Positions 15,948-25,897 of a stretch of 64,000 nt of DNA are shown here, one piece after another. Where the stretch lies: contig JANRKS010000001.1 in NCBI GenBank assembly GCA_033763315.1, positions 128,001 through 192,000 on the forward strand, given 5' to 3'. Position 1 is the first letter of the stretch; each line of letters opens with the position of its first letter. The position numbers were made by a program, and so were the translations under genes. Origin of the DNA: Deltaproteobacteria bacterium. Lineage in GTDB: Bacteria; Myxococcota_A; Polyangia; Fen-1088. The notes beneath the pieces are model-generated. The model was given only the letters and a program-made list of their open reading frames with translations. It searched no databases and was not told the DNA's origin.

Positions 15948-17801
15948 TTAGGGAGATGCGTCCGGGGGTGCTGCATCGGTGGAGGCGGGGCCAGGGATGG
16001 ATGAGACGGTGCGGCGGCCCCCGGCGGGCAGTTTGGCGCGTGCACGCGCAAGCCAGCCGGGGTTTCGCGCTTGTTGGGCCTGCAGCATCTGCTGCCACAC
16101 CACGCCGGCGGTGGCGGGCCGCAGGTCGGCCTCGTCGGCCAAGCACGCGCGGCAGATCGCGGTGATCTCTTGCACGGCCACGTTGCGTGAACTTGTTTCC
16201 ACCACGTAGTGGCCGGGCTTGCCGGCCACGCGTTGGTACACGGGCCGTTCGCCGTGCAAGATCTCGAACACAACCAGACCCAACTGCCACACGTCTGAGG
16301 CGAAGGTGGGCTTGTGGCCCATCACAACTTCAGGCGCCATGTAACCGGGCGTGCCTCCCACGAACGTCATCGTTTCGTCGGGATCCATGGCCAAGCCAAA
16401 GTCGGCCACGGCCAAGCGGCCGTCGCCCATGCGTAAGATGTTGCGAGGCGTGACGTCACGGTGAACGATGCCCGCGGCGTGAATCGCTGTGAGGCCCGCG
16501 ATTACGGCGCGCGCGTCTTGCACGCGATCTTCTTCGGAACGCTGGCTGTCGGCCTGCAATTGGCCGCGCAAGGTGCCGCCCGTGGCCAGCTGCATGGTCA
16601 AGAACGTGCCGCCTTCGGTGTGGCGGAAATCTAGAACCTGGCACACGTTCGGGTGCAGGATCTGGCGCGCGAGACGGAACTCGCGCCCAAGCCGCGTGAT
16701 CCACTGCCGCTCAAGCGCCAGCTCGGGCCGCAACAGTTTGACGGCCACCGTTTGCCCTGTGTCGCGATCGAGCGCACGAAACACATACGCCATGCCACCA
16801 CGGGCGAGCATAGAATCGATCACATATCGCTCTGCCAACACGGCGCCAGCGGTGGGAAGGCCACCGGCTTGCGCCTCAAAGTTTCGCTCTTGCACCTCCG
16901 TGGTGCCCTTCGAGGTGGGTTGCGGCGAATCGACAGCGGCGCTTTTTACCAAAGAGGGGCGTGAAAAGCTGAGCTCTTCGCTGGTGTGTTCTAAGAAGCG
17001 GGCTTCGGCCGCCTTGGCGACTTGATCCAGTTCAGCCAAATAACGATCCTGAACGTCGCGCGCTTGCCGCCACCGCCCAAAGGCCTGCCAACCGAACACA
17101 GCCAGCGCTCCAAACAAAGCGCCTGCCACGCGATACCAGATGCCGTTGGTTGTGAACGCAGCTACCGTGGCACCCACAGCCGCGCCCGCGGGCAGGGGCC
17201 ACCATGACAGCGTTTCCACCCAATGAATGTGGTAAAGGCAACGCTCGCCACCGCGTTGTTGGCACTCGGTTTCGTTGATGATCGCAGGCGGCAGCCGCCA
17301 CAGCGTGGGGATCGCCGAAAGGTACGCGCGGCGCAGGTGGCACAAATAAGGCGAAGCCTCGCGCACGCGATCGTTGGGCTGTTTCCACTCAAGCACGCCG
17401 AACCCACGTCGCACTTCATGCACTGTGATTTTGCTGACTTTGCTCAGCAGCGCCGCCACACGCGGTGTATAGGCGTACGTGGTGCGCGGCGACCCAAACG
17501 CCCGCAACAGCGGCACCAAGAAGCCCAGCGCCTTTTCCGACACCGCGGCCTGGGTGGTGCGCTCTTCCACCAGGGCCAAGCCCACGCGTTCCACCACCCA
17601 ACCGGTGAGGGATTCACAAAACCGCTGCGAAACCCAGTTGGATTGGTTGCGCAGATACTCGAGATCGATTTGCCATTCGTCTAAGAAGCGGCTGAAGTCG
17701 GCGCGATCGCACTCTTCCATAGCGATGTTCAGCAGAGTGTCGATGTAACGACAGCTCAACTCAAACGCGACCGCAGGAGATGTGAGGGACCGGCCAGACA
17801 T
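15948..17801 (-). CDS. Ser/Thr protein kinase with N-terminal V4R/HNOB-like domain and TM hairpin
   Basis: LRNQSNWVS and ETECQQRGGERCLYHIHW; two hydrophobic segments; kinase motifs GGMAYV, VAVK, HRDVTPRN, DFG, GTPGYMAPE, DVW. Confidence 0.88.
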   Translation of the reverse strand: MSGRSLTSPAVAFELSCRYIDTLLNIAMEECDRADFSRFLDEWQIDLEYLRNQSNWVSQRFCESLTGWVVERVGLALVEERTTQAAVSEKALGFLVPLLRAFGSPRTTYAYTPRVAALLSKVSKITVHEVRRGFGVLEWKQPNDRVREASPYLCHLRRAYLSAIPTLWRLPPAIINETECQQRGGERCLYHIHWVETLSWWPLPAGAAVGATVAAFTTNGIWYRVAGALFGALAVFGWQAFGRWRQARDVQDRYLAELDQVAKAAEARFLEHTSEELSFSRPSLVKSAAVDSPQPTSKGTTEVQERNFEAQAGGLPTAGAVLAERYVIDSMLARGGMAYVFRALDRDTGQTVAVKLLRPELALERQWITRLGREFRLARQILHPNVCQVLDFRHTEGGTFLTMQLATGGTLRGQLQADSQRSEEDRVQDARAVIAGLTAIHAAGIVHRDVTPRNILRMGDGRLAVADFGLAMDPDETMTFVGGTPGYMAPEVVMGHKPTFASDVWQLGLVVFEILHGERPVYQRVAGKPGHYVVETSSRNVAVQEITAICRACLADEADLRPATAGVVWQQMLQAQQARNPGWLARARAKLPAGGRRTVSSIPGPASTDAAPPDASP

Positions 17802-17955
17802 GAAAAAATCGCGACCCCTTTCTCCCTCGGCGATGCGTACAAGGCAAGCTCTTGCCTGCAACGATTACACTTGATGCATTGTTGCCAACGCTACCTCCGT
17901 CGCGTTGCGGCGCGCGTGATTCGGAAACCTGCGTGGGCATGTGCATAATCGCCAA

Positions 17956-19233
17956 GTGTCCAACACCGTGACGATACCGCTTTACGAGGCGGCCAAGAGC
18001 GTGAGCGTGGCCTTGCTGGTGGGCTTGCTCATAGGCCTGGATCGGGAGCGTTCGGATCGCCGCAGCGACCACAAACGCTTGGGCGGCGTGCGTACGTTCC
18101 CGCTGGTGGCGCTGTTGGGCGCGCTCACGAGTTTGCTTGTGCCGGTGTGGGGTGGATGGCCGTTGGGTTTGGCATTTGTGGCGGTTTCTGCGCTGGTGGG
18201 GGTGGCGTATTGGCGAACCTCCGCCCGCGACGTGGGGGCCACCACAGAGATGGCTGCGCTTGTGACGTTTGTGCTCGGCGCGCTGGCAGGGCAAGGCGCC
18301 TTTCTGCTCGCGGCCGCGCTGGGTGTGGTGGTGGCCGTGCTGTTGGTCGCCAAGCTGCGGCTCGAAACCTTTTCCGCGTCGATTACCGAAGAGGAATTAA
18401 ATGCCACTTTGGAGTTGGCCGTGATCTCAGCCATCGTGCTGCCGCTTTTACCGAACCGCGCGTATGGGCCTTACGGCGCGCTCAATCCGTTCAAGCTGTG
18501 GCTGGTGGTTGTGCTGATTTCCGCTGTGTCATTCGCGGGCTTCGTCGCGGTCCGTCTGTGGGGTGCACGCAGGGGCTTGCTGGTGACAGCGGTGATCGGC
18601 GCATTGGTTTCAAGCACGGCTGTCACCATGAGCATGGCCGCCCGATCGCGCATGGAGCCTGCCAGCGCGCGTGTCGCGGCCGCCGGTGCTGTGGTGGCTT
18701 CCACGATCATGTGCGTGCGCGTGTTTGCCTTGGCGTCGGCGTTTGGTGGTCCGTTGGTGTTGCATCTGTGGCCGCCTTTGGCCGCTATGGCGGCGGTGGG
18801 CGTGGCGGCAAGTGTGTTGCTCTTGCGGGGCGCGCCAACGGCACCGCAAGGCGCGCCCGCTGCGCCTTTAACCAATCCTTCGCGTTTCTCAACGGCACTC
18901 GCGTTTGCTTTGGTTTACGGCCTCGTGGGGCTCATCGTGCGTGTGGCCAATGATCTGTTCGGCAACAAAGGTGTTGTGGCAGCGGCGGCGATTTCAGCGG
19001 TGGTGGACGTGGACGCCATCTCGATCGCGTTGGCACAACAGGCGCGGGCTGCGTGGTCGCCTGTGTTTGCCGTGGGTGTGGTGGTGGCGGCTGTGATGAA
19101 CACGTGGGTTAAGGGCGGCATCGCGGTGTTCGCGGGGCGCGGTGCCTTTCGCGCGCAGGTCGCCTTGCCCTTGGCCGCCATGGGTGTGGTGGGAATCGTT
19201 ATGGCATACCTCACGCATTTGTTACGGAACTGA
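17956..19233 (+). CDS. MgtC/SapB family membrane protein with DUF4010
   Basis: ALLVGLLIGLDRE...GGVRTFPL, GATTE, LPLLPN, NPFKLWLVVVLI, SSTAVT, DVDAI. Confidence 0.9.
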   Translation: MSNTVTIPLYEAAKSVSVALLVGLLIGLDRERSDRRSDHKRLGGVRTFPLVALLGALTSLLVPVWGGWPLGLAFVAVSALVGVAYWRTSARDVGATTEMAALVTFVLGALAGQGAFLLAAALGVVVAVLLVAKLRLETFSASITEEELNATLELAVISAIVLPLLPNRAYGPYGALNPFKLWLVVVLISAVSFAGFVAVRLWGARRGLLVTAVIGALVSSTAVTMSMAARSRMEPASARVAAAGAVVASTIMCVRVFALASAFGGPLVLHLWPPLAAMAAVGVAASVLLLRGAPTAPQGAPAAPLTNPSRFSTALAFALVYGLVGLIVRVANDLFGNKGVVAAAAISAVVDVDAISIALAQQARAAWSPVFAVGVVVAAVMNTWVKGGIAVFAGRGAFRAQVALPLAAMGVVGIVMAYLTHLLRN

Positions 19234-19305
19234 AAACGATCGCGTGGCCGGGTGCAGCGATGCATTTTTTTGCAGTCACGGTGGAACGTTCTAGAACGAT
19301 CGAAC

Positions 19306-21000
19306 ATGGCAAGTGGAAGCGATCAACGTCGAGAGCCCCGCGTGGCCTTTTCTGGTTTCGTGCGGTTGCGCGGCCTGGGTGAAGAAGAAAGCGTGGAGGC
19401 CGAAATTCGCAACCTCAGCGCGCTGGGCATGTTTGTGGCGTCTAAGCGTGTGCCCGAACCTGGTGCGGCTGTGTTCTGCCGCGTGGTGATCGGAAACGAT
19501 CGACGCATCATCAAGGGCAAGGTGGCATGGGCGTCGCCCGGCAGCCCCGCTGAACCTATGGGCGCGGGCATCGAATTCATCGACCTGAGCCAAAAGGATT
19601 GCGAGGTGCTGCGAACGGTTGTGCAAACCAACGTGACGCACGCCCCTTCGCCCGACGCTGTGGACGTGGTTGATTCTGACAGCCTTGGCCGCGTTGAAGT
19701 GACCTTCGAAGGCTTGGCGGCCCCCGTGAACGCCCGAGCCCGCCTCACGCCCGAAGGCATCGTGCTGACCACGAAGCTGCCTTTCTTGCGGGTGGGCTCG
19801 AACGTGAAGATTCGTAATTTGGGTGCCACCCAAAGCGGATCGCCGGTGGCTCGCCAAGGCAAGCTGCAAGCGGTGTCGTTGGGTTCCACGGGGCAAGACG
19901 GTGTGCCAAGGCTGCTCGTTGAACTGACGGTGCCCACCGACGAATTGTTGCCTGCGCCACTCGACGCGTGGCCCGCCGCCGCAGCCATCCCGTCTTCGCC
20001 ACCACCGGAAACGCTGGCCACGCAAGACACGGATCCACAACCGTTCACGTTGCCCATGCCAGCTTCGGCGTTGGCAGCCGCGGCGGACGTTCCTGAACAG
20101 CCAAGCGAGGCCGCCGCGTGGGTTGGAGCCCCGCGAGACTTTTCCGACTCTGATGTGACGCCTGTCTCGAACGCGTCCGAGTTGATGTCACAACTGCACG
20201 TGGACATCGATTCAGCGGTGGCGCCAGTAGCGGCGGGCCTGCTCAAGGATGCGCGGCCCACGCCGCAAGCCTCCGTGCCGGTGGCCGAATCGATCGAGCT
20301 TAACCTTACGCCTTTGCCGGCGGTGCTCGCGCCTTTGCTCACGCCGGCGCCTGTGAGCGAGCCAACGATGCGCGTGGAGCTTTTCCTCGACGAAACGGCC
20401 CCCTCGCACGCGGGCATGAGCATGACGGCGAAACTGGCCATCGCCGCGGCCGTGGTGGCGGCCGTTGCGGGCTTGTTCGCCTTGAGCGGAGACGATTTGC
20501 CGGCACCCGTGCCATCGCCGAAAGAACGTGTGGCTGCGCCTGTGGTTGCCAGCGGCATTCGCATCGAGCCGCTGCCTTCCGCCGCGCCAGTGATCGCCGA
20601 TGCAAAGGCCATGGCGCCCACGCACGCGGCGGCCCCCGCGCGCGCCGTGCAAAAGCCGCAAGCGGCCTGGCGCCCCATCGCCGATCCCACGTGGCCCTTC
20701 ACAGTGGTTGCCGAAGGCGACACCACCACCGTCTTCATTCCTTTGCAAGGCGATCAAGCTGATAGCCGCGTCTACGCCATCAACAAACCAAGCGGCGTTG
20801 TGGCCGTGCTGCCACACGGACGCATCCGCGGCACCGTGGGCAAATACCCTGTAAAGCAAGCGGGTGTGACACAAGTGTGGGTGGAAGAGCGTGAGACCGG
20901 TTTGCACGCGCGCGTTGTCTTCGGGCGCAGCGTGCAAAGCCACGAGGCGACGCTTGAGCCCACGGGTCTACGGGTTGTTGCCAAGCTCCGCGCTGAATAA
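19306..21000 (+). CDS. PilZ-domain membrane protein with C-terminal AMIN-like domain
   Basis: RREPR and NLSALG PilZ motifs, Pro/Ala linker, one TM, C-terminal beta domain. Confidence 0.8.
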   Translation: MASGSDQRREPRVAFSGFVRLRGLGEEESVEAEIRNLSALGMFVASKRVPEPGAAVFCRVVIGNDRRIIKGKVAWASPGSPAEPMGAGIEFIDLSQKDCEVLRTVVQTNVTHAPSPDAVDVVDSDSLGRVEVTFEGLAAPVNARARLTPEGIVLTTKLPFLRVGSNVKIRNLGATQSGSPVARQGKLQAVSLGSTGQDGVPRLLVELTVPTDELLPAPLDAWPAAAAIPSSPPPETLATQDTDPQPFTLPMPASALAAAADVPEQPSEAAAWVGAPRDFSDSDVTPVSNASELMSQLHVDIDSAVAPVAAGLLKDARPTPQASVPVAESIELNLTPLPAVLAPLLTPAPVSEPTMRVELFLDETAPSHAGMSMTAKLAIAAAVVAAVAGLFALSGDDLPAPVPSPKERVAAPVVASGIRIEPLPSAAPVIADAKAMAPTHAAAPARAVQKPQAAWRPIADPTWPFTVVAEGDTTTVFIPLQGDQADSRVYAINKPSGVVAVLPHGRIRGTVGKYPVKQAGVTQVWVEERETGLHARVVFGRSVQSHEATLEPTGLRVVAKLRAE

Positions 21001-21020
21001 ACCGCACACGGCCGCGCGGT

Positions 21021-23297
21021 TCACTCGAACTGCGCGAGATCGGTTTCGATGAGCAAATACAGCGTGCGCAAGAAGGTAAGCAGCTCTTCAGTTTGCGTGA
21101 AGTGACTCATCCAATCACGCAAGGAACGCGAGCCATCCAAGAAGTTCAGCACTTCGCGCGGCGTGGGCCCCAAGCGGAAAGCCTCGGGCGCAATGCGACC
21201 AAATGGATTTGCCCGTGGCCGGTATTCGAGAAACGGTCGGAACTTACGTTCCAAAAATTCATAGGGCAGCGTCAGCAGGCCCGCGCCCAAGATCTCGAAC
21301 GTGTCGAGACCCAAGGGAAACGCTTCTTGTGGGTTGCGCACGCCACGATAAAAACTGAAGTAGCCTTGCACCCAAGAGAAGATCTCCATCACGCGCTCTC
21401 GCACTTGCTGTGACAGCAAGCGGAACACATCAAGCGGCCGCATGAGCCCCATGCCCACCAACGTGTCGCCCAGTTTGCCCGAAAACCGCGGCAGGTTTTG
21501 CAAAGCCACATCAAGGTTCTGCATGGTCAGGAAGCCGCGGGAAACCAAATACTCGCCGAAACGTTCGCTTTGCAGGCTTGAGTTAACGGATTCAGGCGCG
21601 CCGCGCACCAGGTAAACCTCTTTGACGTGGGGCGAGAGCTCGAAGCGCAGCAGACCCGTTTCGTTGCTGGCCGCCAAATCGGCGAACAAACGCATCGGTG
21701 AGATGATCGAAAGATCGCCTGCTTTGTCGGGCGGACGCGCGCCTGTGGACAGCGGCCGGCTTAAGTCTGTGGTGGGTGAAGGGCCCACGGACGATGGTGA
21801 CGGCTGCGTGTTCAACGTGCCCGTGCTCGGAGGGCCCATCGGTGTGGCGAAGGGTGAGCCATAAGGAGCAGACACGGCGATGGCGCCTGACGATCCCGGA
21901 CGCATTGGGCCCGCGGGCGAAACGCCATAGCTGCCCGGCGGCGAAGGGTAAGGCAGTGGTCCGGTTTCACTCGCGCCCGGTGCCATCGAAGCCGGCGTGC
22001 CTGACGCGGGCGTGGGCGGCTGTTCGTAGCTATCAAGTTCGACGATCGCCATGGGTCGATCCAACGAACGGCCAATCGCATCGGCCACCCCGGCGGCGGC
22101 GCCGGCAATGTCGTCGTCGATCACAACGTCAAGCTCATCAGACGAGCGCGACGTGGGCCCAGGCGTCGTGTCGGGTCGAGGCATCTGTGCCGTGGCTTGC
22201 GGCGCGGGCGTGCGATCGGTGGGCGCGTCGTCGTCTCTGTTCAGGCGCTGTCGATTGACGGCCGTGGGAGGTTTGGAGGCCACGCGCGCCCGCGGATCCT
22301 CTTTCATCTCCCACTTGGCTGCGTGTTCTTTGAGCTTGATCAGGCCCTGCGGCGTTTGATCAAAGTAATCGACAGCAATCTGACCAAGATCGCGCGAATT
22401 CACGCGCAAACCAGCGCGGAACAGCAGATCTCCCAAAGCATCGCGGAACTCGCCGGCGCTTTGGTAGCGATCGCCCACACGCTTTTTCAGGGATTTGCGA
22501 ACGATGTGTTCAAGGTCGGCCGGAATGTCTTTGCAGTATTTGTCGAGCCGTTCGAGGCGCCCGTCCCGCACCATCAACAACACATCAAGATCTGTGGGGG
22601 CCGTGAACAAGCGGCGGCCCATCAACATTTCCGCCAGCACGATACCGATGGCGAACAAATCGCTGCGGCCATCAAGCGGCGCGCCCACCACTTGCTCAGG
22701 GGACATGTAGCCATACTTGCCCTTGAGCGTGCCCGCCTGCGTTTTGCTTTCGCGCTCTTGTGCGTGTGCGATGCCGAAGTCGCCGAGCTTCACGTCGCCT
22801 CGCCGCGAGATGAAAATGTTGGAAGGCGAGATGTCGCGGTGAACCAGGCGCATGGTCTTGCCTGTGTGGTCGCTGGCGTTGTGCGCGTAGTCGAGCGCGT
22901 CCAAGACCTCCATCACCACGAAGATGCTGACGGGCAGCGGGATGCGCACTTGGCGCTGGGCGGATGTGCGCAGCAACGCCAGCGCATCGAATCCTTCGAC
23001 ATACTCAAGCGCGATGAAGTACTGGCCGGCCACCTCGCCGAAGTCTGACACCTGCACGATCTTCGGGTGCACAAGCTGCGCTGTGAGCTTGGCCTCGTCT
23101 ATGAACATAGACACGAAGTTCCTGTCCGCAGCTAAGTGCGGCAGGATGCGTTTGATAACAAGCTGCTTTTCGAAGCCGTGGGCGGATAACATCTTCGCCT
23201 TGAAAACTTCCGCCATACCTCCGGTGGCAAGTTTCTCGACGAGGGTGTAACGCCCGAACTTCGAGGGAAGAGTGTCCTCTTTTCCCTCATTTCCCAT
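21021..23297 (-). CDS. Ser/Thr protein kinase with C-terminal DUF4388-like domain
   Basis: FGRYTLVEKLATGGMAEVF, HRDISPSN, DFGIA, KGKYGYMSPE; C-terminal TGLLRF...ERFGEYL...FSWVQGYFSF. Confidence 0.93.
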   Translation of the reverse strand: MGNEGKEDTLPSKFGRYTLVEKLATGGMAEVFKAKMLSAHGFEKQLVIKRILPHLAADRNFVSMFIDEAKLTAQLVHPKIVQVSDFGEVAGQYFIALEYVEGFDALALLRTSAQRQVRIPLPVSIFVVMEVLDALDYAHNASDHTGKTMRLVHRDISPSNIFISRRGDVKLGDFGIAHAQERESKTQAGTLKGKYGYMSPEQVVGAPLDGRSDLFAIGIVLAEMLMGRRLFTAPTDLDVLLMVRDGRLERLDKYCKDIPADLEHIVRKSLKKRVGDRYQSAGEFRDALGDLLFRAGLRVNSRDLGQIAVDYFDQTPQGLIKLKEHAAKWEMKEDPRARVASKPPTAVNRQRLNRDDDAPTDRTPAPQATAQMPRPDTTPGPTSRSSDELDVVIDDDIAGAAAGVADAIGRSLDRPMAIVELDSYEQPPTPASGTPASMAPGASETGPLPYPSPPGSYGVSPAGPMRPGSSGAIAVSAPYGSPFATPMGPPSTGTLNTQPSPSSVGPSPTTDLSRPLSTGARPPDKAGDLSIISPMRLFADLAASNETGLLRFELSPHVKEVYLVRGAPESVNSSLQSERFGEYLVSRGFLTMQNLDVALQNLPRFSGKLGDTLVGMGLMRPLDVFRLLSQQVRERVMEIFSWVQGYFSFYRGVRNPQEAFPLGLDTFEILGAGLLTLPYEFLERKFRPFLEYRPRANPFGRIAPEAFRLGPTPREVLNFLDGSRSLRDWMSHFTQTEELLTFLRTLYLLIETDLAQFE

Positions 23298-23492
23298 GCA
23301 CCCAACACTATATCACGCGAGGCGGGTTCCCCAAGGTTTGCCTAGAGATTGCGCAACAGAAGGCGGCAAGGCAGTGATGTGGGGCCGCGTCGGTTGGTGA
23401 ACTCCTAAACTTTAGTTTGCTTGCAACGCCCGCAAAAGCGGCGGCGAATCCTTCACGATGTGGTGGCCTCGTAGTATTCTTGGAAAGTCCCC

Positions 23493-24248
23493 ATGCATGC
23501 CATATCGACCGGCCTCTCCGACGTTGGCCGACGTCGGAAAAACAACGAAGATAGCTTCCTTTGCGACGACGCCCTCCAGCTGTTCGTGGTCGCCGATGGT
23601 GTGGGCGGTAACGCCAAAGGGGAAGTCGCCAGCGCCGAATCGGTGGAGCTGGTGCATTCGTGGGTGCGACGGTGGCGCGGCAGCATTGCCGACTTCAATG
23701 AACACCCGACCGAAAACAACGCCCTCACGGTTAGGCGCTTGCTTGAGAACGCGGTGCAGTCGGCGTGTTACATGGTGTTCGGTATGGGGCAGCTCGACCC
23801 ACGCCAGCGGGGCATGTCCACCACCTTGTCGTCCCTGCTGGTCACCAAAAGGATGGCGTTCATCGCCCAAGTGGGTGATAGCCGCGTGTATCTGTTTCGG
23901 GGGGGCCGCTCGGCGCAGCTCACGGAAGATCACACGCTCATCAACTTCCGTTTGAAGCTGGGTCTCATCACGCCCGAAGAGGCGGCCAACGCGCCAGGCA
24001 AGAACGTCATCACGCGGGCGGTGGGCCACCAAGATTACGTCGAGGTGGACTGCATCGAGATCGAGATCGAGCCCGGCGATCGGTTCATGCTGTGCTCGGA
24101 CGGCCTGCACGGCTACCTTGACGACGGCGAGCTGGATAGCCTTTTGATGGGCGATCGCGACGCCGTGGCCAAGCGGCTGGTGGATCTGGCCAACGAACGC
24201 GGCGGCAAAGACAACACCACGGTGGTGGTGGTCGACGTGGTGACGTAA
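23493..24248 (+). CDS. PP2C-family Ser/Thr phosphatase
   Basis: DVGRRRKNNED, VVADGVGG, VGDSRVY, LTEDHT, NVITRAVG, CSDGL, GGKDN. Confidence 0.95.
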   Translation: MHAISTGLSDVGRRRKNNEDSFLCDDALQLFVVADGVGGNAKGEVASAESVELVHSWVRRWRGSIADFNEHPTENNALTVRRLLENAVQSACYMVFGMGQLDPRQRGMSTTLSSLLVTKRMAFIAQVGDSRVYLFRGGRSAQLTEDHTLINFRLKLGLITPEEAANAPGKNVITRAVGHQDYVEVDCIEIEIEPGDRFMLCSDGLHGYLDDGELDSLLMGDRDAVAKRLVDLANERGGKDNTTVVVVDVVT

Positions 24249-24265
24249 CGGGCCCGGGTGGTGTG

Positions 24266-24937
24266 CTAGGTCGTTTGCGGCTTGCGCAGCGACTTGGACA
24301 AGAACTTGCGAACCAGGTTGGGGTCTTGCAACTCGGTGAGCAACTCGATGGTGCGGAAGGAGGCGCGGCGCGCGCGCGCTTGGCTTTCCTCGTTTTTCGC
24401 CACACCTAGCAGCGCGAGGCGGCCTTCGTGAACGTTTTCCTGCTCCGTGGCCGGCAAGGCGCTGCGCAACAGAGCTGCGCTTTCGTGATCCCCTGCCAGC
24501 TCGGCCCAACCCGCCAAAGAATCAAAGCGCGCGAGCGTGTAAGCCCCTGCGGTCAGCGCGCCTGCGGCGGCGCGCTCTTCCACCGTTTGCAGCGACCGGA
24601 AAAACGCAAACAGCTTGGAATACCCAAGGCAAAGCGGGGAAAAATCGGCCAGGTGGACGTTCAAGTCACCAAGCCGCTGTTGCAACAAGGCGAAACGCTG
24701 GGCGGAGGCGCCGCAATAGGCCGCCAAAGCCACCTTAAAGGGCAGATCGTCCGTGTCGGTCAGCCACATGGCCGACGCTTCCATGGATTCGAGGCACGTT
24801 TTGACCTCAAGGCGCAGCAGATCCGCCAGCGACAGACGCTCGGTTTCAACCAATTCCCGGTGAGCTGCCAGAAGCCTATCGAAAGACGTCTGGTTTTTTC
24901 CCTCTAACTCGGCAACGTAGGTTTCAACGGTGGTCAT
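24266..24937 (-). CDS. ferritin-like helical-bundle protein, ligands apparently degenerate
   Basis: All-helical; pattern resembles ferritin-like domains (EASAMWL...LQQRL...EERAAAG...EQENVHEG). Confidence 0.5.
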   Translation of the reverse strand: MTTVETYVAELEGKNQTSFDRLLAAHRELVETERLSLADLLRLEVKTCLESMEASAMWLTDTDDLPFKVALAAYCGASAQRFALLQQRLGDLNVHLADFSPLCLGYSKLFAFFRSLQTVEERAAAGALTAGAYTLARFDSLAGWAELAGDHESAALLRSALPATEQENVHEGRLALLGVAKNEESQARARRASFRTIELLTELQDPNLVRKFLSKSLRKPQTT

Positions 24938-25196
24938 ATGAACAGTCGCCGATTGTGGCCGTCTGCCCGGCGGGGGTCAAGCAAGCCCTTGGTTTAAATC
25001 CCGATAGCGGCTTACGGCGGCCCCTGCCTGGGCACGGCCATGCGGTTGTGAGGCGATCGGCCGGGTGTTTTACAATTGTTTCGGCAAGGTTTCGGGCGTG
25101 GAGGCACGGGGAGGGTCCTCCCGGGCTCTGCCCTCCCGGCGGGGGGGCGCCACAGCAAATTGGCCGCGCTTTGCCCCCTGGTGCGATACTGCCCGG

Positions 25197-25859
25197 GTGA
25201 GCGCCTCCACCGACAAGAAAGCTTCGCGCAAAGGTGCGGCCCTGTTGTTCGTCGGGGGGCTGGCCATTGGTGTCGCGGCTTTGGTGACAGGCCTCAAGCG
25301 CCGCCCGGCCGATGCAGGGCTGGCCGGACAATTTGACGTCTTGGCCGCGCCTTCGGGTGCCTTTGAGGTGAAGGTGCCCGCGTTCTTGGGGCGCCACTAT
25401 GGTGTGGCAAAGGCGGTGGCCGGGCCCGGTGTGTTTGGCGCCCGCCTAGGCGATCCTGATCGGGGCAACTTCTTGATGATGGCGCTTTCATTGCCCGATG
25501 CGCCGCCATTTGAGGGAGGCGGCTTCGAGCCGTGGTTGGGTGACGCCTACCTTGAATGCCTGGCCACCGCCGAATCCGACAAGGGGCGCAACTGGTGGGC
25601 GTTGCAAGTCAACGAAGAGCTGCAGGCGCAGCCCTTTAAAATGAAGTACGTCGTGGCGAGGAACACCATACCGCTTGTGTCACGCGTGTGCGTGGCGGGC
25701 ACGAACACGTTGGCGGATGTGAATGTGCGTGTTTATGGGGCGATGACGGGACTCAACTATGAGCGTTTCGCGGCCGACGTGCGCGCGTTCATGCAATCAA
25801 TCCGAATTGACGAACGCCGCTTGCGACCGCTGCTCAACGTTCGCCGGGCGGGGCCTTAG
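25197..25859 (+). CDS. membrane-anchored hypothetical protein
   Basis: N-terminal TM after a basic patch; GTG start chosen from an upstream -10 element. Confidence 0.6.
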   Translation: MSASTDKKASRKGAALLFVGGLAIGVAALVTGLKRRPADAGLAGQFDVLAAPSGAFEVKVPAFLGRHYGVAKAVAGPGVFGARLGDPDRGNFLMMALSLPDAPPFEGGGFEPWLGDAYLECLATAESDKGRNWWALQVNEELQAQPFKMKYVVARNTIPLVSRVCVAGTNTLADVNVRVYGAMTGLNYERFAADVRAFMQSIRIDERRLRPLLNVRRAGP

Positions 25860-25897
25860 GCGTTGGTGAGATTGGCAGCAGCGGGTAAGCTCGCGGC

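Noticed and set aside
19323-24509. Long antisense ORFs (19323-20738, 22197-23048, 23412-24509; likewise 41575-42807 and 63204-63941)
   Set aside because: Shadow ORFs opposite well-supported genes, expected in high-GC DNA, with no recognisable motifs.
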